This document shows, piece after piece, positions 1 to 13,912 of a DNA stretch of 64,000 nucleotides. The notes below the pieces were generated by a model, which was not told the origin of the DNA, ran no database searches, and saw only the letters and a list, made by a program, of their open reading frames with translations. The stretch's first letter is position 1, and each line of letters opens with the position of its first letter. A program made the translations under genes and the position numbers. The DNA comes from Bilabrum cf. latius (Eukaryota): contig OZ237748.1 of assembly GCA_965178125.1 (NCBI GenBank), forward strand, positions 930,001 through 994,000. The letters run 5' to 3'.

Positions 1-2
1 TC

Positions 3-2156
3 GACGGGACAGCACCCCACTCCGATGGTACTGCAGTCGAGCAGCATGAGGAGTAGGAAGAGGGTCAATAGCAATCACCACCGGTCGGGGCAGAAGAACC
101 CGGGGAACAAAGCAAAGCATCAGGCATCAGCAGCAGCAGTAGCACCGGCAGCCCCAGCCCCAGCCCCAGTGGCTAGACCCCCCCCCCGACGGCAGGGAGC
201 ACCCACGCACCATTAAGCAGCAGAGGTGTAAGCAGCGCGGGTCCTACACCAGAGCAAGGTGGTGGTGGCGATGACGGCGAAGGGGAGGGGGAAGGGGATG
301 GTGCAGCCGCAGTCGCTTCGATGGCAAAGCCAATCGGCATTGTCAGCCAGGGCACGGCACCTGAGGCAAGCGATGCATTGCATGGTGATGCCCCCGCAGT
401 GCCGGCTCTCACGCCAGGATCTAGCAAAGGCAAAAGCAGGGGCACAATCATGGGCAAAGGCACGCCACCAGCAAAGGCACCGCCCAGCGCGCGCTCCCAG
501 GAATCCAAGGGGTCCAAGGAATCAGCAGGATCTTCATCTTCCAAATTGGCGCTCTCCCCGGAAGCGAAGGCAAGGGAGGCACGGGCCCAGGCTGCTGCCG
601 AACGGCTCTACGGTGCCGCCCAGACTAAGCGGCAGCAGCAGCTGGCCAGGGCCGCTGCCAGGGACCCCGCCTGCACCTTCAGCCCGAAAATCCTGGCCTC
701 TTCGAAGAGGCTCGTGTCCAGGTCCTCGCCCGGTGTGACGAGTGGGAGTGGGGCCAACGGTGTGACGAGTGCTAGCGGGTCCTCCCCTGGGGACCGCCTG
801 TACGAGCAAGCCAAATCCAGGAGGGCGCGCTTGGAGGCGAGGCAGGCCAGCGAGGAGGCGGCGCTCACCTTCAAGCCCAAGATCTCGGCCATGTCCCGGA
901 GGATGGGGGAGCAGCGGAGGAGGCAATCCGGCGGTGGTGGTGGCGGTGGTGGGGGAGAGGGCAAGGAAGGAGGGGGTGGTCAAACCAGCACGGGGGACCG
1001 CCTGTTTGCCCACGCCAAGCGGTAGGAGGAGAAGAGGAAGAAGGAAGCGGAGGCGGTTGCAACCCAAGGATGCACCTTCAAACCTGAAATATCCAGAAAG
1101 GCCAGGGCGGTGGCGGCCTCGAGGGCCAAGAACCCCGACGGCAGTGTGACGAGTGCGGGGGACAGGCTGTACAAGGCGGCCAAGGCGCAGGAAGCCCGGA
1201 AGCAGAAGGCCGTCCGGGAGCAAAAGGAAGCCGAGGAACGTTCGCTGACGTTCCGGCCGCAGACCAACGCCGGAAAGCGCAGGAAGCGGCAGGCCGGGTC
1301 ACCCGATGAGTCGGAAGGCGGTGTGACGAGTGCTCCCGGGGCGGGCGGGAGCCCGTTCGACCGCCTGCACGCCAGCGCCGTGGCCAGCCAGAGGAGGAAG
1401 AGGGAGGCATTCCGGAGGAAAGAGGAGGAGGAGCAATCGGCCAGCCCCTTCAAGCCAACCATCAACGCCACGTCCCGCAGAATGGCGGCGGCGCGATCCG
1501 TTGGCGGGGGAGATGCCGGCGGGTCCAGCGGAACCGGCGCCGCGCGTCCCGCCCACGAGCGGCTCTACAGCCCCGAGACCCTGCGGCGCCGCGCAGCCCC
1601 GGAGCGGAACCAGGGCGGCCTGCTGTCGGAGCTGGAGCAGTGCACCTTTAGGCCCCAGATCGACTCGAGCTCGAGGGTCATCGCGGGGGCCTCCGAGGCC
1701 GTGGGGGGGGGCGACCTCGATGGTGTGACGAGTGCTAGGGGTAGGAGGGGGGCGGGGGGCGGTCCTGGGAGGCACGAGAGGCTGTACCAGCAGGGCCTGG
1801 CGAGCACGCTGAGGAGGAGGCAAGCGGCCTCGAATGTCGGGGGGGAGGGGGGGGAAGAGGCCATGAGGGAGTGCACCTTCCGGCCAAGGGTGACCTACAG
1901 GGGTGTGACGAGTGAGGATGGTGTGACGAGTGCCCTCAGCGCGCACGAGCGGCTGCACTACCACGCCCAGGCGCGGTCGGCCGCCAGGGATGCCCTTGAA
2001 AGGGGGGCGATGGGGGGGGAGGGGCCTGATGCCGGGCTGGCTCTGCTTGCGGGGGGCGGGGCTGCCCTGCCTGTGGCGGCGGGTGTGACCAGTTCTGGGG
2101 GTGGTCGTGGGGAGGATTTGGATGCGCTTCGGGAGGACGGCGCTGTGGTGCTCTGA
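3..2156 (+). CDS. 5'-truncated low-complexity protein with repeated (D/E)RL(Y/F/H)...(C)TFxPxI modules; possibly cytoskeleton-associated
   Basis: One frame open from 3 to TGA 2154-2156 except TAG at 54, 69, 174 and 1023. This joins track ORFs 321-1025 and 1110-2156. The repeat module continues across TAG 1023 (DRLFAHAKR*EEKRK...CTFKPEI vs DRLYKAAKAQEARK...LTFRPQT). Function is inference. Confidence 0.8.
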
Positions 2157-2263
2157 GTGTCGATTTGTGTGACGAGTGGTGCAAGAACGTCGAGCGTACA
2201 GAATGAGTCAAACTGTGGTCGCTGTGTGCAACAACTGCGTCCCTACCAGCGCGCATTGTAACC

Positions 2264-4230
2264 ATGTAAGCAAACGAAACGTACTGAGGCCGTGCCCTAT
2301 GTCGGGGTACGAAGGCTTATCCTAACATCGATGACAATCACGATGCGAACATTCGTTGCTGTTTTTGAAAGACTTCCATGCTCTATACGATTACTTTTGA
2401 CAGGGGAAACACGGTTATTAGCCTGTCAAAAGAGGGAAAGCATGAAGAGCTGCAAGAAATGCTTGACGACGGAGTAAGCGCAAATCGGAAGGATCTTGTG
2501 AGGAGATGCACTTTAGCCTTTAGAAGCCACGTTCCGTGGTGCTTCAGTCAGTAGCATATTGATAATTTAACCCATTCAACATAATGGTCTTGTCTCCAGG
2601 GATTGCGGGGCAATGCATCTGAGACGGTTCCATGTAGATTCTAGATTGGTTCGACATGCTCAAGCAGCCATTGGCAAACCGCAGATAGGCAGCACAGCGC
2701 TCATGTACGCGGCCACAAGGAAAAGCGTTGATTGCATGCAGGTACTACTCAGTGCTGGTGCGAAGCTGGACGATACCAACAAGGTAAGCGGGTCAATAAC
2801 ATTGCGCCTGCGATTGTCGCACATTTCGGAGTTGGCTTGTGCCGGGCCTCAAAGCGATGCATATGGGCAGCACCTGACTTCATAGTGATAGATCTGGCTA
2901 GCACCGTATGGTATGTATTTGCTGCAATGTATCTTTGTTCACACCACGATCGGATCCGACTCTACTCTGCTTGCACGCAGAACGGAGAGACTGCCTTACT
3001 GGCAGCCGCAACGAACCCGACTCAAGGTAGCTTGGAATGCATACGGTTTCTAACTGAAGCTGGAGCAGATATTGATACTGTAACCGACGTGAGGAGGGGC
3101 GTCATGGGCGCGCGAGTCACAATTTCCTTGGGACAACTGTGACCGATCCTAGTCGAGCATATGCTGCATTACTATGATCGCCAAAAGGAGCTTAAGACTT
3201 GGCTAGGAAGAATCGCTAGCGTATCGCAGGACGGCATGTCAGCGCTTACGACGGCACTAAGTACAGTGTGCGAAAGCTCTACCCTGTGCGTGTAGGCATT
3301 GCTGAAAGCTGGGGCAGACCCCGACTGGTGCAATAAAGTGAGAGTCGCCGAGTAGCAGCCCGTTCCAAGAACAAAATAAGCCTTCTCCACTATCAACCTA
3401 CATTCACTACCCGCTTTAAGTATATCATACCATTTATTTTACTCGTTGGGGTCTTAGGCAGGATACACTCCCGCGATGATTGCGGCACAGGCTGGTAGCC
3501 ACGCGTGCCTGAGACTCCTGCTTTAGAATGGCGTTCGCGTCAATTAGCAGGCTAACGTGGGATAACTGCCGATAGTAGACCGCTACTCGTGTTAACGCTA
3601 CTTTACGCGCGTAATGACTTAGGTAGCCAGCAAGTGCACGCCATACATCACCACAGGATGGAAACTCCGGCTTGCATTTAGCAGCAAGCCAAGGGAGAGG
3701 GGAAACCGCACTTGCTTTGCTGGAATATGGGGCCATTCCCTCTTTGATCAACAATGTAGGTACACTAGTATTTATTCGGGCTCAGCTCAAAAATGCGTTT
3801 GCCTGAAAGTCCACACCAGACCCATCAAGCATGCGGCTGATGCACTCTCAAAGACCACTACCTGCTAGGTTTCTGAGCTATTTCTGTCTAGCAGGTAGGC
3901 AAAACAGCTGTAGATTTGGCAGAAAGCAATGATCACCACAAAACGGTGGTATCGATCCGCAATTTTAAGTCGAGAACGCAAACACTGTACAGGTTTCGAC
4001 GGGCAGTGGAGGCCAAGCGGGATGCTGGCATGGTGTTCCAGGCGGCGAGCGAGGGCAGGCCCATGGAGCTGGCCAGGAGGCTGAGGTTGGGTAAGCTGGC
4101 CGGTGGGCTGGATATCACTGGAGAGGTAGAGGACGGTGCGGGCGGGACCAGGGTGGTGGGTCCACTGGATGCAGCTCGATTGGGGGGGCATGACGAGTGC
4201 GTACGGGTGCTTGAGCAGGCAACGGCATGA
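2264..4230 (+). CDS. Ankyrin-repeat protein, one repeat per exon, ending in the shared C-terminal cassette
   Basis: Exons 2264-2265 (AT), 2404-2497, 2685-2783, 2981-3088, 3230-3337, 3458-3556, 3657-3755 and 3895-4230, all GT-AG. Exons give GxT(P/A)L..AA..G....LL..GA repeats. In-frame TAG at 3293, 3524 and 3545; ends in TGA. Confidence 0.85.
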
Positions 4231-4406
4231 TGACTGCGATATTAAATCCCAGTGACTTTTTTTAGATAGGTATGATACTCGTCGGATCATGGTGATCATG
4301 TTGTGGTGTAACGAACGTTCGATCAACTCGGAACGAGCCGTATTCAAGAATAGTCTAGATGTACACTGTGCAAGGTTACTCAGGCTAGATTCAAAGTAGG
4401 GTTCCT

Positions 4407-6291
4407 ATGAATAATTAGGTATGTTCGATTTAGTCTGACACTGGGTGAATCGGACCAGAAATGATGGCAGTCGGGCAACCCCACCAATACGAGCCCCATC
4501 GATCATCCGTTGGCATATCTCTGTCGTTCCTATTGGTTCCAAATTACCGAGGATTGGGCGGAAGGTACCTATACTATTTGCATGAATATACAGACACGGC
4601 CGTACTGCGTCCATGTAGTGATATATTATATTGTTCCATCGCAGGGTAGACAAGAGACAGATCCGGCCAACGCTGGGGCAACAGCTTGGTAAGTTGAACA
4701 TTGACCGCAACGAATCGCTCTAGATATGTTTCGTTTCTTTGCATGTGCACGATTTTTTTCCATTTTGAGTGCAAACTCCCGCTTTGTCGCAGCCTGAGCG
4801 GCGCCTGCTCGCTTGCGGTGTATGCCACGCTGCTCTCCTTTGTCTTGCAAAAAGCAAACGACGGTAAGATGAATCGAATGGTAGTTTTTGATTAAATGCC
4901 GAGTGCCAGGGGCATGGAGTGCACCTTCATTCTAGGACGTGGCCACTACGTCACACGAAGTGCCCGCAGAACACGCGCCTTGTTGCCGTGAACTCTTAGT
5001 GATGTTTAGGAGCATGGGTTGTTTGGTGCCCCTGTGGGCACGATCACCGTGTGGATACAACTGTTAATCACTGCTGCGTCGCTAGTAATAACACACTGAA
5101 TCCAGAATGGCCTCACGCTACACGTCGCCTCTCCTCATCATCATGCAGACGATCCAGACGTCACAACGGTGAGCCAAGAGCTCGATTTGACTGGGCCGCA
5201 ATAGCGCTTCGCACGTGCTCCCGCATCCATCAAACGGCACCGTGTCATCAGCCTTAGTGTTGGCTGCCCACATTCCGCAAACTCACTCCAGCTCGCTGGC
5301 CTCTCTGTAGCCTAGGCTTCGAGGGCGAGGGTTCGCAATCGCCTCCTCCTCCCAACGCAGAAGCCGCTGTGTTTTCGACGCAGCACACACGCACTGAACA
5401 CGAGTTGATAAACCGAATCAAGCGGCATTTCCCAGCACCATTAGCTATGAGAATGATGTGGCCACCCAATCATGCCACTTTGTCCGCAGTGCAACGGTGC
5501 TTGGGCTGACGAGACCTTCTACACGTACGCGATGGTTGTGGCCGGCTGGGGCGTAGCGAATGCCGCTGCCATCACGCTGGTCGGGTGTGCGACTATGGTT
5601 GTCGAGCAATGCGTGGCTTTCATACAGATGCTGCAGATGAGCTCGGTCGCTCTGATGTTCGTGACTGGAGGTTGGGGGTGAGCATAGGCCGTCTTTTCTC
5701 GCAAGTCAGCGAGAACAACGTGAAACGTTTGTAGTGCATCTTGTCTGCGTAGCTAAGGACCATGCCTTATAAATATATCATGCCAATGCCTTGTATCGCA
5801 GGATCTATTTTTACTTCCAGAACCACGACCGCGTGTACGAGTGCGACCGTACTGTGGCAAGGTTCATGGAGGTGGTGTTCTATTTTGCCTTTGTGGGCAT
5901 GTGCCTCTTCGTGTGCCTCATCTGCTGCGTGATGCCCCTGCTAGTATTTGGCATTGTCAGTGTCGCCGCAGCAGCTGGAGGGGAGCAGAGGCGCCTGGAG
6001 AACAACCACGGCGCGCAGCAAGTCGCACGCCAGCGCCAGGGGGACGGGCAGCGTGGCGGCCGCGGCAGAACCACCGAGGACCAGGTCGACGACGGAGACA
6101 ATAAGGGGAAGGAGCACAGGGCGCCCGAGCCGTCAAATGCTATGGGGCAGCCGGAGGACGGTGCTAGCTATACTTTGGGAACAGGCTACGACGTGGCCGT
6201 GCCTGGGCAGCCATCCCACATGCATAGGGAGAACTCACCAATTGATCATGGCGGCATGGCTCCCGATGACTAGGAGACGGTGCCCCTGTGA
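4407..6291 (+). CDS. Small 4-TM membrane protein, paralog 1 (Cys cluster after last helix; loosely TMEM272-like), with extended hydrophilic tail
   Basis: Exons ~4407-4418, 4645-4688, 4793-4863, 20-nt microexon 5149-5168, ~5490-5677 and 5802-6291. Exon phases match the paralogs at 14711 and 17285. TAG 6271 reads through to TGA 6289. The first exon is tentative. Confidence 0.75.
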
Positions 6292-6612
6292 TAGGTCGCT
6301 TGAATCGGGAGTCTACTTGTGGAAAATGCATTTTTTCTGGATTGTAACCTAATGTATGGGTATCAGGGTTGTGATTCTGGATCAGGAGCCAACCAGGATT
6401 CTCTTGAGGGTAGCAAGATCTAACTTAAAAATTTACCCAACCCGAGAAAGGGTTGTACGGGTACGGGTACGGGCTCCAAAAGAAAAATTAATTCCTGGGA
6501 AGGTTCAAATCCAAGGATGGATATTAGGGGGGATTTATCACCCCCTTCACGCATCCCGGATTGCACGCTCGATTGCCCTTTTTTTTTTTGGGGCTAAATC
6601 TACGCACACCAC

Positions 6613-6860
6613 TCATCTCATGGCCTCACCCACCAGCCATACGCACTTGTCATGCCCCCGCAGCTTGGCTGCCTCCATCGGCCCCACCACCATGGGATCA
6701 GTCCCGCCCGCCCCGTCCTCCACTTCGCCTTTGATCTCCAGCCCGCCCACCAGCTTGCCAAGCCATAGCCTATTTTCTAGTTCTATGGGACTGCCAGTGC
6801 TTGCTGCCCTGAACACCATCGATGCGTCCCTCTTGGCCTCCACTGCCCTCCTCCAATGCC
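6613..6860 (-). pseudogene. Orphan copy of the ankyrin-like C-terminal cassette
   Basis: WRRAVEAKRDASMVFRAASTGSPIELENRLWLGKLVGGLEIKGEVEDGAGG...GHDKCVWLV matches 3995-4230. No ankyrin exons found upstream; it lies next to the dispersed repeat at 7046. Confidence 0.65.
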
Positions 6861-7045
6861 CTTCCTCCAGGTGATCATTCTCCGGGTCCTCGAAGGCACG
6901 AAGGACCGTCCGTGCCCCGCCCCATCTTGCAAGGCGAGGGTCTCGGTCCACGTGGGCCGAGGCTGCACCCGACTGCCATTTTGAGGCAGCTCCCAAGACA
7001 GCCTCCGTGCCCCGCGCTGTAATTAAAAATGAAATCTACAATTTA

Positions 7046-7490
7046 GTTGGTGAGGCTAGCAAGGTCTCTGGCATTAAGGTCGCTCGGTGGGCGCAGGACC
7101 CGCTCGAGGTGCAGGCCCAAATGCGACGTAGCGATGCGAAGGAGTGAGAGAGAGAGAGCGGCTAGGGAGGGAAGTACAGGGGTGGGGGTGGGGGGGGGGG
7201 GGGGGGGGGGCGAATGGAGGGGTTGGGGAGGGCGGAGCAGAGGGAGAGGGGCTACGGTTCACCGGAAAGGGGGAGGAAGTAGTGGAGGAGAAGATGATTG
7301 GTGGGGTCACCGGGCTGATACGGCGGATTGGAAGGGGGAGGCACATGCCGGGCAGGTGGGGGGTTGGGCATATGTGTGACGAGTGACTCGGGTCAGGGGG
7401 ATCGGATCACCCGACCACATGCGGATGTGGAAGTTGAGAGGTCACAATTAGACTCGAGCGGCAATCAAGCCGCGTGCTATTCGGGCGCTG
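7046..7490 (+). repeat. Dispersed repeat family, copy 1 (decayed coding or transposon-like segment)
   Basis: Aligns by eye with the reverse complement of 52492-52898 and, more distantly, with 54421-54753. Strong purine skew; contains GTGTGACGAGTG at 7374. Confidence 0.85.
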
Positions 7491-7789
7491 CCCAAGGGCA
7501 GCGCTCGCCAGTTTTACTGCGATTCGTGACGCTGCGAATAAACTACTGGATCGTGTTTAGCGTGCTCAAGACAGTGCAGTGCATCAACCACGCAGGAACA
7601 AGAGCCGGTGCTGCAGAGGCTTGGTTTGCCACAAGCCGAGAGTATCTTCGCCTGCTTATGCCTACTGGCTTCCGGTCCCCACCTGGTGCAAAACCGCAGG
7701 GCCCCGACCTGCGGCCATCTCAAGACCGCCAACACAGCTCATGCCATCGCAGCCACGACTGGCACCAGCTCCACCACACTGGTTCCTCT

Positions 7790-10700
7790 TCAGTTCGTTA
7801 TCGGGAACGTGTGCGTGGAGCCCTCTGCCGCCACTGTTGCTGCGTCCAGCACGACCAGCTTGCCGTCGATCACAATGATGGCCCTGCCGTGGGGGATCCG
7901 GAAGGCGTCCTGGGTGAACGAGCCGGTACTGCTCCCCGGGTGCCATTCAGTGGCAGAGGTGACCTGCCCCGCGGCCAAGTCGCTCGTGGGCGAGCATAGT
8001 GCCCTTCCGTCGGTGGCTGTGTACCTTTCGGTCCTGACGCACACCATCTGGGGCGGTGAATCCGGTGCTGAGCTGCCCCCGATCACGACGGGATTCTTCA
8101 CGTCCATGAGCGGGGTGAACGCCGACGGAGGCATCTTCCTGTCGAGCTCGACCGCTCCGGTTGTCATGTCGACAGACGTCGAGTACACGCCCCCCACAGG
8201 ATATGGGTAGCCGCTCTGCACAATGGTGGCATACGCAAAGGCTCCATCGGATTCGGTCCTGACGGGCGATTGCACGCTCTCCGGTACAGCCGAGGACTGC
8301 TCGGCCCAAACTTCTTGCTGCTGCGTGTCGATGACATAGTGACGGTTGGAGGTCACCTTGACATAAAAGCGGCTCGAGTCCCCCACGGGCAATGCGCCGG
8401 GGCTGGGCCAGTTCCCGGAACCGGCGCTGCCCCCCGGCCCGTCGACGAAGCTGTACAGCCCTGACTCTTCCAGCGTCTGCAGGGTTCCGTTGGTGGAGGT
8501 CAGGATCTGGCTGGAAAGCAGAAGCACCGTCTGGCTGTCGTTGGCCATGTTTGCACCAGGGAAGGCTGGCAGCATGCCATCGATGGACGATATCTACGTG
8601 CTCGAGATCTGGCTGTGCTGCCCCTCGTCTGCCCCGCCAATGGTCCACACACCCTGCCGGGTTGCGACCACCGCGTGGTCCCGCCATGCCACCATGGAGG
8701 GGTTGACATTTCCAGCGCACCCATCTGCGCTCACCACCGTGTGCAGCAAGGCGTCCTCGCTGACCACCTCGAGCGAGTCGCCGTTGCAGAACGCGATGAA
8801 GGGGGCGGAAGAGGAGGCATCGCTCGGAGCCACGTGCTGGAAATACTGGCCCGTGTAGTCCTCTCCGTCAGCGATGGCATCCTCCACAGCGGGCGGCCAA
8901 ACCTCACTCATCTTGACTGGAGTCAGCCCGTCGAGCTTGCCCCCTGCATCAGCCCCCGAGGGCCCGATCAGGTAGAACGACTCGTCTTCGTCGGTTCCGA
9001 TGGCAACGCCCGGATGGTGGCCCATTGGCATCTCAATTCCTCTCAGTAGAGTGTAGGTGCCGTCAAAATAGGCCATCTCGGGGTGTTGGTTGCTCACCCT
9101 GAGCGTCGTCGCGTGGAGCCGCCTCCCCCTCGAGTCCTGGTAGAGGCCGTGAACTGAGGTGGCGTCAGACAGCGTGGGCTGATAGAGGCCGTGCTCTGGC
9201 ACCTTGACCCGGAGCCACTCGATGTGCAGGCCATGGGGGCTGCTGCACGTCTGCACTCCGCCCAGGTACCTCCTTTGGTTGTGGAAAACGATCAGTCGGT
9301 CTGCGAGTTTCCGGGCACCGGCCTCGCTGAACGCAACCATGAAGAAAGCCCCTGCTTCTGCCGACTAGGGGTCGCTGGGGTCGATGACGTAGTCGGCCAC
9401 CACGGTGGATGGGAAGTACATGGGCCTGTAGTTCTCCAGGTCCTCTAGAGGGTGGCTCGTGTTGTACTCGGCGGGGTAGTCGACGATCGCGAGCACGCTC
9501 CTGTCCATCGCAGACCTGAAGATAGAGAATGGCCTGTCAGTGCCGGAGCTTTCGCGGATGTCTGCCCCTCCCAGGCTGGTGGACCTCACTTTGAGAACGT
9601 GCACGCCCCCGTCCACATGCACCTCGTGCGTGTGGTAGACGCTGGCCACCGCCCGTATGCACTCGTCACCCCTGCACTCCAAAGCCAGGGAACCTTCGGT
9701 GATGTTCCTCGGCTCGTCACCCAGCACGTCGTCCACAGAGGGGGCGGTCAGGCACGAGTCACGCCTGTCCCACTCGAATGCGTTGGGCACGGTGTCGCTG
9801 GGATTTGCCATGCTCTGTGCGCCCTGCACGGCGTACGGTGCGTCGACCAGTGACTGGATCAGAGCCGATTGCGCGGAATAGCCCATCGACTGCTGGTGCA
9901 CCTCGTCTCCGTTTGGGAGGACTCTAACCTCGCCGTCGACCTAGGCCGGGACTGGGAGCAGCCCCCGGTAGAACATGTTGAACACATTCAGGCCCGTGCT
10001 GTTGGAGGCTTCGCTGAGGCTCCTCGGTGGACCAGGGGCGGCCGCGTGCTCGAAGCAAGCGATACCGTTTGGCGAGGGTGGCGAGGAGTACCGGCCGTAG
10101 GACACGCACACGGGATCTCCCACCTCGAGGCTGCCCATGGGAGCCCAAAGACTAGGCCTGATCGCGAAGGGATCTTCTCCTTGTGCTGGGAACATCTGGT
10201 GGGCCTCCAGCTCGCCACTAGACGGCACGACGTCGAACCTGTGCACCTTGAAAGTCAGCTGGTTGTTCCTTGGGTGCTTTGTCGATGCGACGACGTACAC
10301 GGTTGAGGGGCCCGCGGGCAGCACCGCGGTCACCTCATCCCCGTACGGGAGGGGGTCGAACCTCCACTTTGTGCTCGAGGCAGGGTCGATCACGTAGTGT
10401 TCGGCGATGTTCACGTGTCCCACCTGGAATGTGGCCGGCCTGCCCCCGGTTGTTGTGGGACGGAAATTGTACAGGGGCGCTCCCGGCGGGCCAAGAGCAT
10501 AATCCAGGGCAGGGAGCAGCTCCGGCTGCCCGGCGGGATCCTTGAACACGTAGAGGAAGTGCCTGGCGGACGTTACGGATGAGAACACCAGCCAGGTGTT
10601 GGAGTCGTCCGAGGGGTCCCAGGTCTCGCTCGAGCTCGAGAGGGCCTTGGTGAAGAGGCCCACCGTTGCCTCGCTGGGTTGCGTCGAAGGAGGCTGGCCA

Positions 10701-13036
10701 GGAGGCACCGTGTACTCGGCGTATGCCTGCGTGTCGCCCTCGACCCTCTGCAGCAGGTGGCCGAATGCCTGCCTGCTGGCCCCCAGCATGATGCCGCCCC
10801 TCCAGGCGACCATGTTGAGCTGGCACCTCGTGGCGTGCAGCTGGGTCGATGTCGCGCTGCTGGAGGGCAGCACCATGAGCTTGCCTTCGAATCCCACGCC
10901 CCCGCTCCCCGAACCGGCCTCAGCGTCGCAGTAAACGAGATCCCCCGAGGACGGCTCCTCCATGTACCTTTGCGTCTGGATGATGGCGGGCTGCGCGTCC
11001 CCAAGCCTCGTGAGAGGCACTGGCTCGAGAGAGGTCGAGTTCTTGGCCAAAAAGTACAGAATCTCGTCATAGTCTCTGGCTTGCGTGAAGAATGGGTTCT
11101 GCGTGTATGGGTACAACTGCGCGTGCACCAGTGCCTTGCCGTCCAGCTCGCCAACACTGCCCAAGATGCGGTCGGGTCGCCTGCCGTTAGAATCGTGCCA
11201 CAGCCCCAGGATGTCGTTCTCCGCCCGAGGCATTGTCCTCGGCATTTCCTTCACCCGGAACCACTCGAAGCGGATGTCCATCACCGGCCCGCTGCAGCCG
11301 GGCAGAGTCCTTGACCCGAAGGGATACCTGTTCGTGTCCTACTAGAGCCTGAAGCTGACTTCGTTTGCGAGCATCTCTGGTCCCAGCGGAGACCTCGTCA
11401 GGTTTAGCATGGCGGCGTGGACCTGCCTGGTGTAGGCCTCCGTGTAGGTGTGCACGTACATGACGAGTGCGGGGGGGGAGGACGGGTCCGTAGGGTCGAG
11501 CACCATGTGACGAGCGCTCTTGGCCGCGCCCATCCAGTTCTGGGGCCTGTACTCGTCCCGGGGCCGGGGGGTCTCGGGGAGCGCGCTGCCGTCGGTTAGA
11601 GCAGAGGAGAAGAAGGCCCCTACCACGCCGTCGTGGAAGTAGTACATGGCGTTGTTGCCGTTCCAGTACCCGCCTTGCAGTCCCCGGCTCAGGCGGAGTT
11701 CCTCCAGCGTTTCCTCAGAGTAGTTCCCGGGCTGGAGCGCGATCCGGAGCCGCAAAAGGTGCGTCTCACCCTCGGGTCCCGTGTCACCGGCCTTCATCAC
11801 GTTAGACAGGTACTGGTAGGCGTAGGGGCTTGACGTCTCGAGGAGTGCGTCTGCCTGGGTGATGTCGGTGGGTGCTGCAGGGAGCGCGTCGGTGGTCGAC
11901 GCGCCGGTTGCAACCTCGCAGGGAACAAGGTCGCTGGCGGTGATGGAGGAAGACCCGCCGCCGCCTCCGCCGCCTCCGCCCGGGAATGGTATGTAGTCGT
12001 CGTCCCGCGGACCCCCTCCGCCGCCACCACCCATGTAAGGGTCATCGTCAACCCCGTCACCGCCCTCGTCATCGGCGAAGACCAGGCGCCGGCTCGGGAG
12101 GACGCTGCCCACGACGGAGCCGTCGGGGTTGCGGGCGGCGGTCAGGAGGAACGGCAGAGGTGGAGGGCCTCCTAGGGAGTTCTATGCGACCGTGATACCG
12201 TCCTGGAAGGCGTCCCCTCCCTCCCCCTCGAGCACGTGCTGGGTGAGCTCCTCGGCTTGGGCGGGTGAGAGGATGGGGGGCCCGTTCTCCGTCGGTTCGC
12301 CCGTGGGGATGCCGATGGTTACCTCGCGGGTTGGAGGAATGCTCTGCCTGTCCACATTGACGGGAAGCATCACCATCACTTCAATCGCCGGTGGTTGGCT
12401 GCCTCCACCCGCGTCGCTCGTGTGGTTGAGGGTACCAGATGCGCTCCGGAGGCCTTGCGAGATGTAGTACTCTATCGGGCCGTCGCACAGACCTTCAGTG
12501 ATTTCCTGCAGTATTGAGTATTCAAGATGTTTCACAAGCTCGGCGTGTCGTATGGGTATGCAATAGGCATGGACGACAAACTCGAGTTTGACGCTGCACG
12601 GGGTGAAGACCACCTCGACATATTTTCGCGCTAAACTCACGTTCTCGAAGCTGAACGTGACTTCACTAAGTTCAGTTGCACCGAAGTTTTCGAGAAAACT
12701 TGCTCTTTGAGGATCACATAGCCGCGTAGCAAGGTCATCAGATGATAGCGTACCTGCGCCGTCGCCGTTGCCGTCATCGCTGCCAGATGCCAGCGCAACG
12801 ACGACTCCAACGATGATGCCAACAAGAATGAAGCCTCCAACAGCAAGCCAGCACCACCAGGCGCAACCAAATATGCGTGTGTGGCCTGTATCGTCCTCCT
12901 TGGGCTTCTGGTTGGCCGAGTCGCCACCTTTAGGCTTTGACTGAGGCTTTTCTACGGGAGCTGCAGCCCCCACAGAGTCCTCTTTCATAGGATTTGCATG
13001 ATCAAACTTATCTTCGCTTGGTTTGGCGTCTGCCAT
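7790..13036 (-). CDS. Intronless ~1748-aa type II membrane protein: N-terminal TM helix and a large, probably beta-rich ectodomain; function unknown
   Basis: Six track ORFs (ends 12182, 11342, 9941, 9365, 8594, 7790) share one frame. The five internal stops are all TAG and the last is TGA. ATG at 13036 (MADAKPSEDKF). Hydrophobic segment WWCWLAVGGFILVGIIVGVVVALA. Confidence 0.85.
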
Positions 13037-13912
13037 AACAGACGAAGACAAGAAAAGTATGTGAAAGAGTTTGCGCGAGTCCAGCCTGATCAGGTTTACC
13101 CCAGCGTGGGGGCAAAGGGGGGGTGGAATTCTGAGGGTGGTTGAAGGGGTGGGAGGGGGTGTTGCAAGAGGCAACATTTGATCGGCCATGGCTGTGGCCA
13201 TGGTGGTCCGCACGGTGATTGATTACACTATATCGTACAATATGATAATTTAACGTACTACAAGCCGAATAAGTTGTCTACTTCGAGGCCGACGAGTGTG
13301 GGTTTCCGAAGAAAACTGAGTCCCATACAGGATACACCGGCCTCATCTGTATACATTTATGAAGCAAGAGAACGTTTATATTGTACCTTTTGATGGATGT
13401 TGTAAATCCTAGTCTGGGCCGGAGCCACTTTGGCGTGCCACGCCCGCGCCCGACCCGACTGGCATTTCGGCTCGGGTCCAAAGCAACATTGCCAACGGTG
13501 GAAGCGTTTTCACATGTTTACTGGATCTGTCGGTAATATAGTGATCAGGCCCGAGCGGACTGCTCGCCTCGGGCGCCGAGCACCTGCGCCCGAGCCCGGG
13601 CCAAGCAATCCGCTCGGGCTTTGCCGCACTCCCGAGCTGATGTTTTAATATGTTTTTTCGGCTCGGTCATGGGTATTTTGCATTTATATTGGCCCATAAA
13701 CCCGCGATCCAAAATGCATCATCGCCTGCATCGCGCAAACGTGCAAACGCATCGGCAGCACTCGCAAACACTCGCCCAGAACGTCGACGACTCATCCAAA
13801 CCAACCATTTGCAAGCAAACCACCGACATATTCCAATTCAAGGCTATACATATGCACTTGTCGCTGAGAGTGAATAATCTTTCGGTAGCCTAGCCGAGTA
13901 AAAGACCGTGGA

